Positions 37,301 through 48,980 of a stretch of 64,000 nucleotides of DNA are shown here, piece after piece. The notes under the pieces are model-generated. The model did not search any database. It saw only the letters and a list, made by a program, of their open reading frames with translations, and had not been told where the DNA came from. Within the stretch, counting starts at the first letter, position 1. Each line of letters begins with the position of its first letter. The position numbers and the translations under genes are program-made. The DNA is from Macrostomum hystrix (lineage: Eukaryota; Animalia; Platyhelminthes), in the NCBI GenBank assembly GCA_950097015.1, contig CATNEN010000039.1:7254001-7318000 (forward strand), written 5' to 3'.

Positions 37301-40300
37301 TCTGGCGAAACTTATTCTCGCTGCGAATTTCTCGGACGAGGAGACTCGGTGCCGGCATCCACGAGGACTGCCTCTGACGACCGTTCAAGACCTGGGACTC
37401 GCGACTTGTGAGTAGAAGTGAAAATTACACTTCGCTTTTTTCACTTTTTAGGTTGCTGCCAATTGATAATGTAGCATAATTATGAAAGTAGCTTTAAAAT
37501 TAAAATACTAAATAGCTCCCAAGCTGAATGACCGATTTCGTGAAATTACACGATCTGAATCAAATTTTCCGCCCTTTACAGTTTCCGCCCGCAACAATAG
37601 TCAACAATGATGGCCTCTACATGACGAAATTTTGTGAGCAGAGAAACTGCCTTTATTGGTGGTTTCTGCCACCAGACACCCCGACGAGAATCGTTGAATA
37701 TCTCGACGATGCAAATGTTTTGTGATTCTGGAAGTCTTTTCATCTGATAGAGCAAAAAAATTTAGCCCAGGCTCTTGGTTTTCATGACGAGTGGCTAAAT
37801 ATTTTGGGACATACAGAAACAAGGAAAATGTGGCTGTTTTAAAATACTGCTCGTGTTTTTTCTACTGTTAATAGTCTCTAAAATTAGAAGTTTTTTCATT
37901 GTTCCGAAAATTAAATTTTTCGGAATCGAAAACAAAACAAGTGAAAAAAACGAAGGAAAAGAATGAAATAGACTTCAAATTAAGAAATGGATCTGGTTTT
38001 CAACTTCTATTTGGCACCTAAAATGGTCTACATCTACAATAATCTAAACGAGAATATACGAGCCGCCGTACGTGGATATAGAATCGCGTCTAGAAGCGCA
38101 TAAGTAGACATAAAAATGGTGTCGAGATATTAGTTCGACAGCTCGCCTATTTAATCTGGAACATGAGGCGTTTAATTGCAGATCAAATTTAGTTGAGGCA
38201 AAATAAGCCGAATCGCTTCGTTACATGTCTTATGGATTTAGGTATCTTGTGAAACAAGTCATTATCTTCCTTTTCCTTAATGTCTTCCTTTCTTGGGCTC
38301 TAGGGCGAATAGCTTTGACCAGTAAAATCTGCGATATCTCCCGAGCCTTGGCTCATGGATGAGGAAGTCACGTCAAACTTCGTCACGGTGAAGATTTCGA
38401 TGAGTTTTTTTCACAAAAAACTTATTTGACTAATGTCGCTATCCAAGTAGTCAGTTCTTGAGTTATTTATGCAATCAGTTAATGACACAAAAATGTAGCA
38501 GTGCACTTCCAGAACTAATTGGCAAATGGATCTATAGAGTCGTATTAGTAAACCTATTTTTGATTACATGGAAAGGGTTGTCTATATTTAGAACCACTTT
38601 GCAATCAAATCAATCGATCGCTTACCGATATCGATTTGCTGCTGATTTTCCTGAGTACATAATATCCCAATTATGCAGTCCCAACATCGAAATTTAGTCC
38701 CAAAAAGTCCCGATTTTTCAGCAGCGAATGGGCACTAGCACATCACTTGGCGACAATACCATACTGTCCATTCCTGACCGCACATGCTCAGGCGCACTGG
38801 ATGTAGGCACATACTGCCCTGACTCTCTCGTTACCAGGCTGCAGTGTACACCCTCACCCTTGAGCTAGACGCAGTAACCGCTCTGACACTTAAAAAAGTA
38901 AAAAAACTTTTGCCCTCGATTTCGACTTTCACTCGAACAGACCCGATGCGAAAGTTGATCGGCTGTTTTCAACGCAGCTACGTCCTCGACCGCCTTAGTC
39001 AAACTGTTGAATGCTTCGGTCAGCAAGCTCGCTTTCTGACTGCCGAGTCGTGCCAGGAGTGCTGCTACACTCGAAACTTCACCCACATGGTGCTGGTTCA
39101 GAGCAGCTGCCTCTGCGGCTTCGCGACTGCGGGCCAGAGTGACGCAACTGTTCAGGATGATGTCAGCGATCAGGCTCTGTTCAGGCCGATGCAGAAATCC
39201 GAGCCAGAACTTTGCTGGGACGTTCGAACTGAAAACTCCACTAGCCTGTACCGAATTCGCGAATCAGGTCAGAGTTCATTTAGAGATGAAAGTGACATGC
39301 CCTGAGCAGCCATCATCAATCATTAATTTATGAGCAGAGCGCGACCGATGCCGAATTGCCAGCAGGAAATTGGGACTCTGTCAATTGCGACCCCCGCACG
39401 AACTATGGCCGCACTGAGTGTACCTGTAAAATAACAGATTCGATAACTGATAGTAGAATAGATAAAGTGCTTTTGATAGTGAGAAGTACACAGACGTTTA
39501 TTTCTTAGCGATCAATTCCTTTGAATGAAGCTACTTCAAGTAATTACTTGAAGTAATCGCCTTTCCGAGGGGGTTGTAGCCTAGTGGTTATCACGTCAAA
39601 CTCGGACTTCAAGGTCGGGGATTCGATTCCTATCATTACTGGAACAATTCCCGTCGTTTAGCAAGACACTTGCCTTACCTACTCCAGTCTATGGACTGGA
39701 AATTCGTACGCAACCTTCGGATGTACCGTGCATTAGCTGCGACTCTTTTTCCCGAAAAATGAGGCTGACTATCGCTACTCAATTATTTCCAAGTTGAACG
39801 ACGCAGATAGGTAAACTGAGTCCAGTAGCTTCTCACGAGCATTGATACTTTTATGAAGGCATTCGCTTCACTTACTCTGTGCAGTCGAATGGTTCAGGCC
39901 GCTGTTTCACGTGTTACTCGACCTCCACTGAATCTCCCACAGCTTGGAAGCCGGTGTTTGTGCCATTCCGTCCAGAAGCCGTGAGCTTTTTCGATGGGCC
40001 CTACTGCTTCTACGACAGCGGAGATGGGCAGATTTCGGCAGCCTTCTGCAACATACCTTACTGCGGTGAGTGGGTGTGTGTGGCAGCAACATGCCTTACT
40101 GCGGTGAGTGGGTGTGTGTGGCAGCAACATGCCTTACTGCGGTGAGTGGGTGTGTGTGGCAGCAACATACCTTACTGCGGTGTGTGGGTGTGTGTGGTAG
40201 CTGTGTACCTGTGAATAGTATCGGTGTTAGTGTGTGTTCAGGAGTCAGCGAAATGGGCAGAATTGCCTCCTCGCTGGGTCTAGTTTCACCACATGATGTG

Positions 40301-43300
40301 CCAGTGCCCACCTAGCCCTCCTGCACAGTCGCCTGATAAAAATTCATTCAAAGAAGGCCTACTTTTTCAATGTAAAGTTTGCTTCTTTCAACATGGTTTG
40401 CTTAAAAGGCCCAGGGACATTGTGTGATGACATAGGTCATCGGAGCAAAACCAAAAAGGTTGCACAGTTTCATGGTTAATTAGAATAATTATCAGATTAG
40501 CTCGTGCTTTGCAAATTCACATAGCCGTAAAATGCCTCTTGGCTTTGCAGCCATTCCTTCGAAGTACGACTGCAGCATCAGTAGCAGCGGCGACTCACCC
40601 AGCGCGGACAAGCCAGGCACAATGGAAACACCGCAGGCGGACCATTTCAGCCACTACACCGGTGCCACAAACCGGACCGTTAATGCGAGACATTGTCAGG
40701 CGTGGACCGATGTAAAGCGAAATCTGCAGTCGGGCGCTTGGAAAATCTATGCCCTGTTCGATGGCAAAAAAACTGCGCCCTGGCTCACTCGAGGCCTGCC
40801 GTTCACCCGTGAGTGCAAAAAGCATTCACATTGTTTGGCCACTATTTGGTACACTTGAAAATATTCTGTGAAGCTTTGAATTAGGCTGTGTACGGCTATT
40901 CAGTCCATAGACTCAGGCCCAGTCAATCCAACGTTAGTAACCATTTAACAGCTGGGGGACTGGAGCAATGCAGAGTTTTGTTATAAGTGTCGTGCTTTAA
41001 AATACACAAGTTGTCCTTGTGGAGTAGGGAATCGAACCTCCGACCTTCAAGTCGTAAGTCCGAAGCTCTAACCATGAGGCCTCAAACCCTATTGCGGATA
41101 TGGACTGAAATGTGTCCATAAGCATGGGTCTCTGAAAATAATAAACAGCTTCATATATTTTTCAACTCACAAAGATGATGAAAATATCCGCGATTTAAAC
41201 GTCTTGCCTTATAAAGCTACGGTCTTTTTTAGTTCCAGAAAAACTATTCCTATCGATCTTCAAAGTGAGTTTCATACAGCTTGAAACTTTTACATCGCAG
41301 TCCTCTTTGCAGCCTGATTATCACAGCTATCGCACACTGTTTATGAGGCCATCTGTCAAATAAAAAAACGGCAGACGGTTGCCGTAATTCAGTTCAAATG
41401 TTTGTTTTACTTTATTTATCTTGCTGAAGCTGGTTTTGACAGTATTTAGCGAAGCTGCTCAGTGACAGGAAGAGCGCCAACTCCAGTGAGAGATTTTTTA
41501 GGCAAACACTCGGAACGTATTAGCTTTCAAATGATCATTAATCATGCGAATTTCAGACCAAAGCTACCAGGTGCTGAATGTGCACATGGACACGCCGGAC
41601 TTTGAAGCGAGCGGCACTGACGGCCTCTGTCGCTCCGTGCTGATTGTGATTGACACGCTTTACACTCTGAGCAACGGTAGCCGAGTATTTCGGTGAGTGT
41701 CCTCTATTCACTCATTACTTGTCACTCCCTCACACTTCTGTCCTGTTCGTTTTGACTAGCTGAGTCATATGCTCTCACTTTTTTTCGCGCTATCTGATTG
41801 GTAGCCAGCCCTTCAGACCGTCGAGATATTCACCGGTTCTGGCCGAAAGTCAGTTTTTTTCCCGTAAGAGCTAGTCTATTTCATGCACCCCAGTACACAA
41901 AGTTGCACTGCGCCTCAGTGCGGCCTTGCCAGGCCTTCAAACTTTATGAGCACGTCACCAGAATGTGCCTGCATCATCTCCGACTTGCAGGAACATTCGG
42001 GTAACTTGATTATTGTTTCAGAAGATGCGCAACAAAAAGTTGGCCCGTGTTCTTGAGTTTTCGTATGCTTGCGTTGCTCCGTTCGGGTGCAGCAAAAATT
42101 AACGTCCCCTCCCCTGGGTATAAAAACGGGCAGCGAAGTCCATGTATCCCTGGGATTTGACCTAGTTTGTTTCCAATCAAATCCCGCAGTCGAGAGCCCT
42201 ACCTGAGTTCCGGTACGCCAGGTTGCTTCACACTCAAGTTTTCCTACCTCGCTTTTGAGAAGTGCTCAATCGAGAGCTGCTGTGAGTCGAATGAATTTTT
42301 ATTCGTAATGTGAAAGCATTAGTGCCTACTAACAGTAGTTTTATCTTACATTTAGTATCGGATCTAAGATTGAACTGTACAAGAAATAAACTACTTTTAG
42401 ACGAAATTGTCCCCAGCGTGACTGCAGTTCTGCGTGACTCGCTGGGTACTGGCCTGCTGGCCAGGCAGTTCAGCAGCGAACTCGGCACCTCAATGTCCAA
42501 GTGCACCTTCGGTGATCGAAGCTGCGACAGCAGCCACTTTGTCACTGTGCTACATCCGGAGCTGGGCATCTGCCACAAATTCAAGAAGGAATTGTTTGTG
42601 ACCAACGGCACTGGCGCCTTGGCTAAGCTAACTATAAAGTACTTCTCAGACAAAATGGACTCGTTTGGTCATGCGTACGAGAACTACAGCAAGTTGGCGT
42701 ATGCTATTCGCGATACAAGACACATATCTGAATCGCAGAGTGCTTTGAAGGTAATATAAACATAAGGCAGCATTTAAAAGGCGATTATATTTATCAACAA
42801 ATAACTTCCATATCGAATTGGAACGCATGGCTGTGGACAATGGCACATCATTTTGTGATAGTAGAGCCACAGCCAGCGAGACACATTTTTGCCCATTCTG
42901 CTGACTCCTGAACACACACGCGCACACAAACACAGGCGCACAGGTGTGTACATCTGTCCTGACTTTCTCATCGTCAGCCAGTGTACACTCTCACTTTGCC
43001 ACGACGCTTGGACACTTTGCCACGAAGCGTGAATTGAAAGAAAAACCAATTCAAGGCTTCTGAACTCGAACTCTTCTGAAGTCTTCTAAACTCTTCCGAA
43101 GTCTTCTAAACTCTTCCGAAGTCTTCTAAACTCTTCTGAAGTCTTCTAAACTCTTCTGAAGTCTTCTAAACTCTTCTGAAGTCTTCTAAACTCTTCTGAA
43201 GTCTTCTAAACTCTTCAGAAGTCTTCTAAACTCTTCAGAAGTCTTCTAAACTCTTCCGAAGTCTTCTAAACTCTTCCGAAGTCTTCTAAACTCTTCAGAA

Positions 43301-45721
43301 GTCTTCTAAACTCTTCCGAAGTCTTCTAAACTCTTCCGAAGTCTTCTAAACTCTTCTGAAGTCTTCTAAACTCTTCTGAAGTCTTCTAAACTCTTCTGAA
43401 GTCTTCTAAACTCTTCTGAAGTCTTCTAAACTCTTCAGAAGTCTTCTAAACTCTTCAGAAGTCTTCTAAACTCTTCTGAAGTCTGCTGCGCCCAAAATAA
43501 ATGAGGCTTCGCCGCGGATTCGAGTTCAGGGACGTCGGTGTTGGAAGGCAAACGCGTTAAGCGCTCTGCGAACCACCCCCCGTGACCGCCGCTACCCCGC
43601 CCGAAAAAAATGAATCGTCAGTATTCTCTTGGGGATTTCTCCCAAGTGGATTTCTCAGCAGTATCTGGTCGCTGAATGTATATTTTTATGAAATCCTTGA
43701 ACTTTTTAGATAATTTGAGAAGCAACTTCATGGTAGGCTTGAAAACGAGGTGCTCAGAAAATTCGAATTGAAATATGCGAAGACTAAAATTCGATACGAG
43801 TTTGTGGTAACATCTGGACTTTGACCTCTATGAACCAACCGCAGGTGATTGTTGTTCCCCATGGCGCCTATCCGTGGACCAAGGAGGCCGTTGCGGTGTA
43901 TCCTGGTCAGCACGTTGAGCTAAAGCTGCGGTTCGATAAGAGTACACGCTACTCAAGGTCGCCCCAGCAGCCCTGCTCTACAGAGAAAAGCAGTGTCACG
44001 TATCGATTGTCTTCGTGGAATGCTAACAGCACCATAGAATTATTTAAGTGAGTTGTAGAAAGCCTAATAAGGGTACAGTCTGTGTGACAGTCATTGTCGT
44101 TTATAATGACTTCATTGCAGAAAGTTCGTTCAGTAAATTATAATATTTTTACAGACTTTACCAGCAGCTGCCTATTACTTTCGGCGAGAACGGCTGGAGA
44201 AAGAAGATTAAAATGCTTCGCGATGCCCTGACGACGATCAGCAATGCCAAGTGAGCTGGGGGTTTGAAAATGCCACCTAAATTAGATGTCATGTCTGACA
44301 GCACTGTCAAAACGCCTTTGCAGGGGTCCCATGCTGACAACGATTCACTTCCCGCTGGCAACTCGCACCGACTGCATGAACAACTTTATCGTGCAGAAAT
44401 TTATCAGCCTCTGCAAATGCCTGCCATCCGGCTTGCCAGTTCAGGAGATGCATTTTGCCAACTACACGCACTGCTTCAACCACACTGACGCTGACAAGCT
44501 CTTGTCGGATGAAGCTTGCTACCAGCAGCAGCTGGCGAACATGGCGCGCTTCGACTCCGAGGCGCACGACTCCTGCCTGCCAGAGTGCGAGACGCAGCGC
44601 TACTCTATCCGACAGTCTTCCCATCCTTGGCCGAACCTTCGCCGCGAGACTGCCGTCAAGTTTCTCAAGCTCCTGGCCGAGCTGCACGGCTACCCGGAGA
44701 AGATGCGCTCCAGTCGAGGCGAGTCAGCGATCTACTTTATGTACGAGCGTGCCGCCCAACTCGTTGACCAGCCAGACTCGGAAAGAACATTAGAAGACTG
44801 GATCGACTTCGCTCGCCAATTGGAGGCACTTCAGGATCAGCTGGCGATGGTCAGCGTACAGGGCAGACAGGCGTTTGGCGAAGAGACCTTCGAAGAGGAA
44901 GCCTATCCAACCAAGAACTTGCTGGCAGACATGGGAGGTTTGTCAACATCATTTAGTGTCTGCTTCGTACTGTTATTCCCATATAAAAATGCTTTTGACG
45001 CGATAGAGGAAAGTTCTGAAAATTTCTAATTGACCACGCAGTTCCAGTCGGAAACCTGATGTGGAGTCAATTAAAGCTGGAACACTTGGTAACGTTGGTT
45101 ACCAAGATAGATAAGATCCCAGAGAGCAGGATGTTATTGCTAAAAATAGAAACTGACGTCATCTAAAGGGCCACCTGACAAAGTGGTCCCTTAAACAGCA
45201 GGATGCCGTTGCTAAAAATAGAAACTGACGTCATCCAATGGGGCACCTGATATTGGGGGTCGCTTAAAGAGTGGGTACCGTAGCTAAAAATAGAATCCGG
45301 TGTATGCATCTAAGAACTAGCAGGAAAAGAAATGCTAGAACCGAAAGTGACGCATTTTTTATAAGGAATCTAAAAACTATTTATAGCTTTAAAGTAGTCG
45401 TGATTGGAAAGTCCTAAAGAAAAATATTTATGCTGACATCTTCAACTCCGATCCCTAAATGACACTACGCCTATTCCAGGAGCTCTCGGCTTGTGGTCTG
45501 GCGTATCAGTGCTGACCGTCTGCGAGCTGGTCGAGCTTTGCATCTACCTGGTGGCAGCGGTGAGATACCGCATAACGCAGGCGCCGTCAACGCAAGCTAG
45601 AAACAGCTCAACCGACGGCGCGGACTCACCGCTCAGAGTGACGGGATCTTCAATGGGCGGCGTGCACGCTAGGGTGGTCGCCACTGACGAAGAGGTCTGG
45701 CAGGCGGAGACCAACGCGTGA
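34373..45721 (+). CDS. DEG/ENaC family channel subunit with kringle- and WSC-like inserts, ~1,120 aa; exons 34373-34886, 37051-37407, 38941-39267, 39943-40065, 40551-40808, 41175-41264, 41557-41692, 42190-42281, 42428-42750, 43845-44047, 44155-44250, 44324-44937, 45480-45721
   Basis: N-terminal TTAHG, TM1, FPDVYLCP; KCTFGDRSC..ELGICHKF; VIVVPHGAYP..VYPG; Cys-rich thumb (CMNN..CKCLP..C..CLPECE); TM2 LLADMGGALGLWSGVSVLTVCE. Splice phases are consistent throughout. The channel core is high confidence; internal exon choices are moderate, and extra small exons such as 37601-37633 are possible. Confidence 0.82.
34955..35212 (-). mobile_element. SINE family B partial copy in ENaC intron 1
   Basis: CAGCGAAGAGGCAATTCTGCC..CACTGTGCCTTGAAGGTTGGCCC..CAGGGACCTTGG. 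Confidence 0.7.
39569..39725 (+). mobile_element. SINE family A copy (internally deleted) in an ENaC intron
   Basis: GGGGTTGTAGCCTAGTGGTTA..TTCGATTCC..GCAAGACACTT..CAGTCTATGGACTG. Confidence 0.72.
40049..40198 (+). repeat. 38-bp tandem repeat spanning an exon end and its splice donor, running into a SINE B tail (to ~40325)
   Basis: Unit GCAACAT(A/G)CCTTACTGCG-GTGAGTGGGTGTGTGTGGCA, about 4 copies. Confidence 0.85.
40883..41089 (-). mobile_element. SINE family A copy
   Basis: Reverse complement has GGTTAGAGCTTCGGACTTACGACTTGAAGGTCGGAGGTTCGATTCCC. Confidence 0.7.
42826..43581 (-). mobile_element. SINE family B copy split by a minisatellite
   Basis: Body at 42826-43000 and head at 43485-43581, same orientation, on either side of the 20-bp array. 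Confidence 0.72.
43066..43483. repeat. 20-bp minisatellite (~21 copies)
   Basis: Unit CTCTTC(T/C/A)GAAGTCTTCTAAA. Confidence 0.95.
45125..45300. repeat. Degenerate ~72-bp tandem repeat (2-3 copies) in the last ENaC intron
   Basis: AGCAGGATG..TTGCTAAAAATAGAAACTGACGTCATC at ~45126 and ~45198; GCTAAAAATAGAA again at ~45283. Confidence 0.75.
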
Positions 45722-46505
45722 AGCATTTGCAGTGCCTATTGATCAATATCTAATATCTAAGAATTTATTCTGATATCTATCTAAGACCTATTAATTTGCA
45801 CCTTTCTTAATTTAAACCAATTCCTCTTAGTTGGCACAGCTCTCAACAATTTTTAACAATCGAATTGTTTCTCAAAATTTAAATATGTTAGCAAAATGCA
45901 AATCAAATTAGTTTCTAAAACAGACACTCTCGGTTTTCCATAAAACGGACAGAATTGGTATCCAGTTCCGTTGATTTTCTGATGGAATATTTCGATAAAA
46001 CTGGCAACTTAACTATCTGTCTCATTTTTATGACAACTTTCCTACTTTTTGAATAAAATAATACCCAGCAACATTGAAAATCAGTTCGGCAGAGTGAGAG
46101 TTGAAAAAACATTGTAAATGACAAATTGTCACTCAACTATCGATAACACGATATCTGTCTGCTGTGAGAATCATTCATGTCCAGGCCGTCTGTGTTTAAA
46201 TAAAGTTATAATAATATTTGATTACACCTGTCCCAGTTGGACAAGATGAGCAGCCACAACAAATAATCAGGGACTTACCGATCACTTAGCAGAGCTCTAG
46301 GTGTGATTCCCTGCCGAATCTGCTATCCTATTGATTTTTAACCGGAGATTTCAATAGCGGAACTTACTTCGCAAAACAATTCGCTACAGACTACTTATAA
46401 AGATTGATTCGTTACCAGCGTGTGATGCGGTTGTTAATATTTTTTCATTTACAAAGTTTAAATGTACACTGTTTCAAAAGTCCAAAAATTAAAATTCTCA
46501 GAATT

Positions 46506-47534
46506 TCACAGCTGACTGGCGGCACCGTCGACCTGTTCGAGCTGCATGACAGCAGGTCGCACTGGCACAGTTGGCAGCGGGACTTCACCGGGCCCAACCT
46601 CAGCGCCACGGCGCAGGCCGCAGATTGCGCAGCGCAAAACGCGCGCATAGCTGCGACGAAACTTTGGATTTAAGAGGCCGTAGACTAGTGGGTTTAGCGT
46701 AGAGTGGAACACTGCTAGCCAGGTCATGGCTTTGTGCGAGAATTGGCTCATTGAGCCCCCTAAATCAACGACGTACACGTGGATGCTGTAACACAGCCAG
46801 CAAACATTGAATACGATAAAGGTGACGATGATGTGTATAAAGGCCCTCCACTCTTTGCTGATAGATGTACTCGCGAGACAACCTGACCGCAGGTGGCTGG
46901 CAGTGGCTCTTTTGATTTGAAAGAGCCTCACAAGCAAGCTGGTGTAGCAGACAGCAGCAGTCAGTGAGGGAATGGCCACGGCCATCAGTGTCAGCACAAT
47001 GCTGAGCGTTATCGCCGACTTCTCGTCTGAGTAGAAGCAGAGAAAGGCCTCTCTGTTGTAGACGAAGCTGCCATTCCACCAGACGAATGCGCAGCAGGTG
47101 CACCAGGCCACCCAGCCGGCGATGCAGTGGGCGAGCACGCGAGAGCGGCTGAACCAGAGCTTGTAGGCCGACTGGTGGAGCACACTCACGTTTCTGACTG
47201 CGGCGATCAGCGCGAAACTGAAATTTGAAACGCCAGTAACGACCATCAGTGCGAAGCCACTGAGCTCGCAGAGGAGTTTTGGTAGAGCATTTCCATGGGC
47301 CAGGCGGTTCGCGAGCATTGTGGGCATGAAACAGGCGCACACGAGCAGGTCTGCAGCGCCCACGTTTGCCACCGCCAAGTTTATAGGCGAGCGCATCTGG
47401 CGGAAACAGGCCACTGACAGGAGCGTCAGCATGTTGCCAGCGGTGCCAGCTGTGATGCCGATTAGCAGGCAAGTGACGTCAGTGATAGTTTCCGCAAAGC
47501 TCTCCGGGTAAACTTCGAAGCTGCTATTTGTCAT
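46506..47534 (-). CDS. Class A (rhodopsin-like) GPCR, single coding exon, ~342 aa
   Basis: Seven hydrophobic segments; GN in TM1, ADLL in TM2, extracellular Cys pair, CW in TM6, NPLVYGLLNPKFR. First ATG is at 47534; the ORF track start at 47612 is TTG. Confidence 0.9.
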   Translation of the reverse strand: MTNSSFEVYPESFAETITDVTCLLIGITAGTAGNMLTLLSVACFRQMRSPINLAVANVGAADLLVCACFMPTMLANRLAHGNALPKLLCELSGFALMVVTGVSNFSFALIAAVRNVSVLHQSAYKLWFSRSRVLAHCIAGWVAWCTCCAFVWWNGSFVYNREAFLCFYSDEKSAITLSIVLTLMAVAIPSLTAAVCYTSLLVRLFQIKRATASHLRSGCLASTSISKEWRAFIHIIVTFIVFNVCWLCYSIHVYVVDLGGSMSQFSHKAMTWLAVFHSTLNPLVYGLLNPKFRRSYARVLRCAICGLRRGAEVGPGEVPLPTVPVRPAVMQLEQVDGAASQL

Positions 47535-47611
47535 GGCAGCTGCTGATCTGCGGTGACTTAAATCTGTGGGTGGCGGTCCGAAGACGCAGCGAGGTGGCGT
47601 CCATATAGCCA

Positions 47612-47623
47612 ATCAATCAATCA

Positions 47624-47656
<33 letters not shown>

Positions 47657-47657
47657 C

Positions 47658-47720
<63 letters not shown>

Positions 47721-47721
47721 C

Positions 47722-47782
<61 letters not shown>

Positions 47783-47795
47783 CATTATCTATCTA
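47612..47795. repeat. (ATCT)n microsatellite
   Basis: Seen directly. Probably lies in a 5' UTR intron of the GPCR (minus-strand donor CAG|GTAAGT at ~47886). Confidence 0.95.
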
Positions 47796-48761
47796 TTATA
47801 TTTGACGTTTACATTTTTTTGCTTCAATCGGGTATTTTTAAATAATACTTTGTAAAACATAATGATAGACTGCCTGTCATACTTACCTGGAATCGCTATT
47901 TTGTTAAATCGCTGCTTCTGTTGGTACAGACAATGATTTTGTGCGCAAGACTCGAACCGCTGAAGTCAGGGGCTCAGACAGACTTTTTTAGGCAGAAGCA
48001 GAAAGCCAGAAAAGAACTGAAATGCCTTGGGAAAATTACTATTTTATCGCCCGATTTCGATCCGATCAGCGCTCGAGCAAGTTTTTACTTATTCCAAGAA
48101 ATGCAGCCTTTATTTATTACAGATTTCCAATATTCTACTTACGGAGTTTATTCAAACTATGAAACACATTCATACCTGCCTGGGCTGAGTATCCTGCTGG
48201 TCTGTGTGGGTGTTGAGTCTATAAGAAATTCTATTGAAATTTTTCTTTTACTTTGACGTAAAATGAAAGCGTAAAGAGAAATTGTCAACCCGATTGCTTT
48301 CAGTTGCTTTCAACGAAAACAGCGGTGCCAACTCGGAGCTGCAGGTAATCAACTAGATTAATTCCTTGAAAATCTGACAATCAGTTGTTCACAATAGATT
48401 GGCTACTTGTCAATTACACAAATTGACAGAAGAGGGATTTCGGGATTTCGGGAAAGTCACCAAAGTTAGGACTGAAAAACAGCCACACATTTTTACAAAA
48501 AATGATCCCAACCCATCCAAAACATAACACGTTCACAAGTCAAAGAGAGCTTTTAGCCAAGTGATTAGAGGTTTAGACAGTAAACTGATAGGTCGCGAGT
48601 TCGAATCGCAGCAACAATGAAATCTCGTATCATTTAGCGAGACAATTACTTCCCTAGCGCTTCAGTTCACTCAGTGGTAAGACTGAGTCAAGTACGGATT
48701 TAATTGGCTGGTTTATCGATTTGCAACTGAGTTTTGAGTGTCAAAGTTGGGGCTACAATCC

Positions 48762-48980
48762 AGGTTGTAGCCTAGGGCGCTGGACGATCCCAACTTAAAG
48801 GTCGGGTGTTCGATTCCCGACTCCACTGGAGCTATTTGTGTCATTTAGAAGGAAACTTAACTCAGCATTGCTTCAGTTCCCCCAGCTGTTAAAAGGGTAC
48901 CAGCAGTAGCTGTGGTAATTGAGGGTGGGTGTGACGCCCCCAGTCCATGGACTGAACAGCCGTTCGCAGCCTTCAGATGC
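48762..48980 (+). mobile_element. SINE family A copy (a more diverged tRNA-like SINE head lies at ~48550-48680)
   Basis: GGTTGTAGCCTAG..GTTCGATTCCCGACTCCACTGGA..CAGTCCATGGACTGAACAGC..GCCTTCAGATG. Confidence 0.78.

Noticed and set aside
39336-39430. Extra ENaC exon (SATDAELPAGNWDSVNCDP..)
   Set aside because: Looks coding-like, but I found no acceptor/donor pair compatible with the flanking phase-1 junctions; left unresolved.
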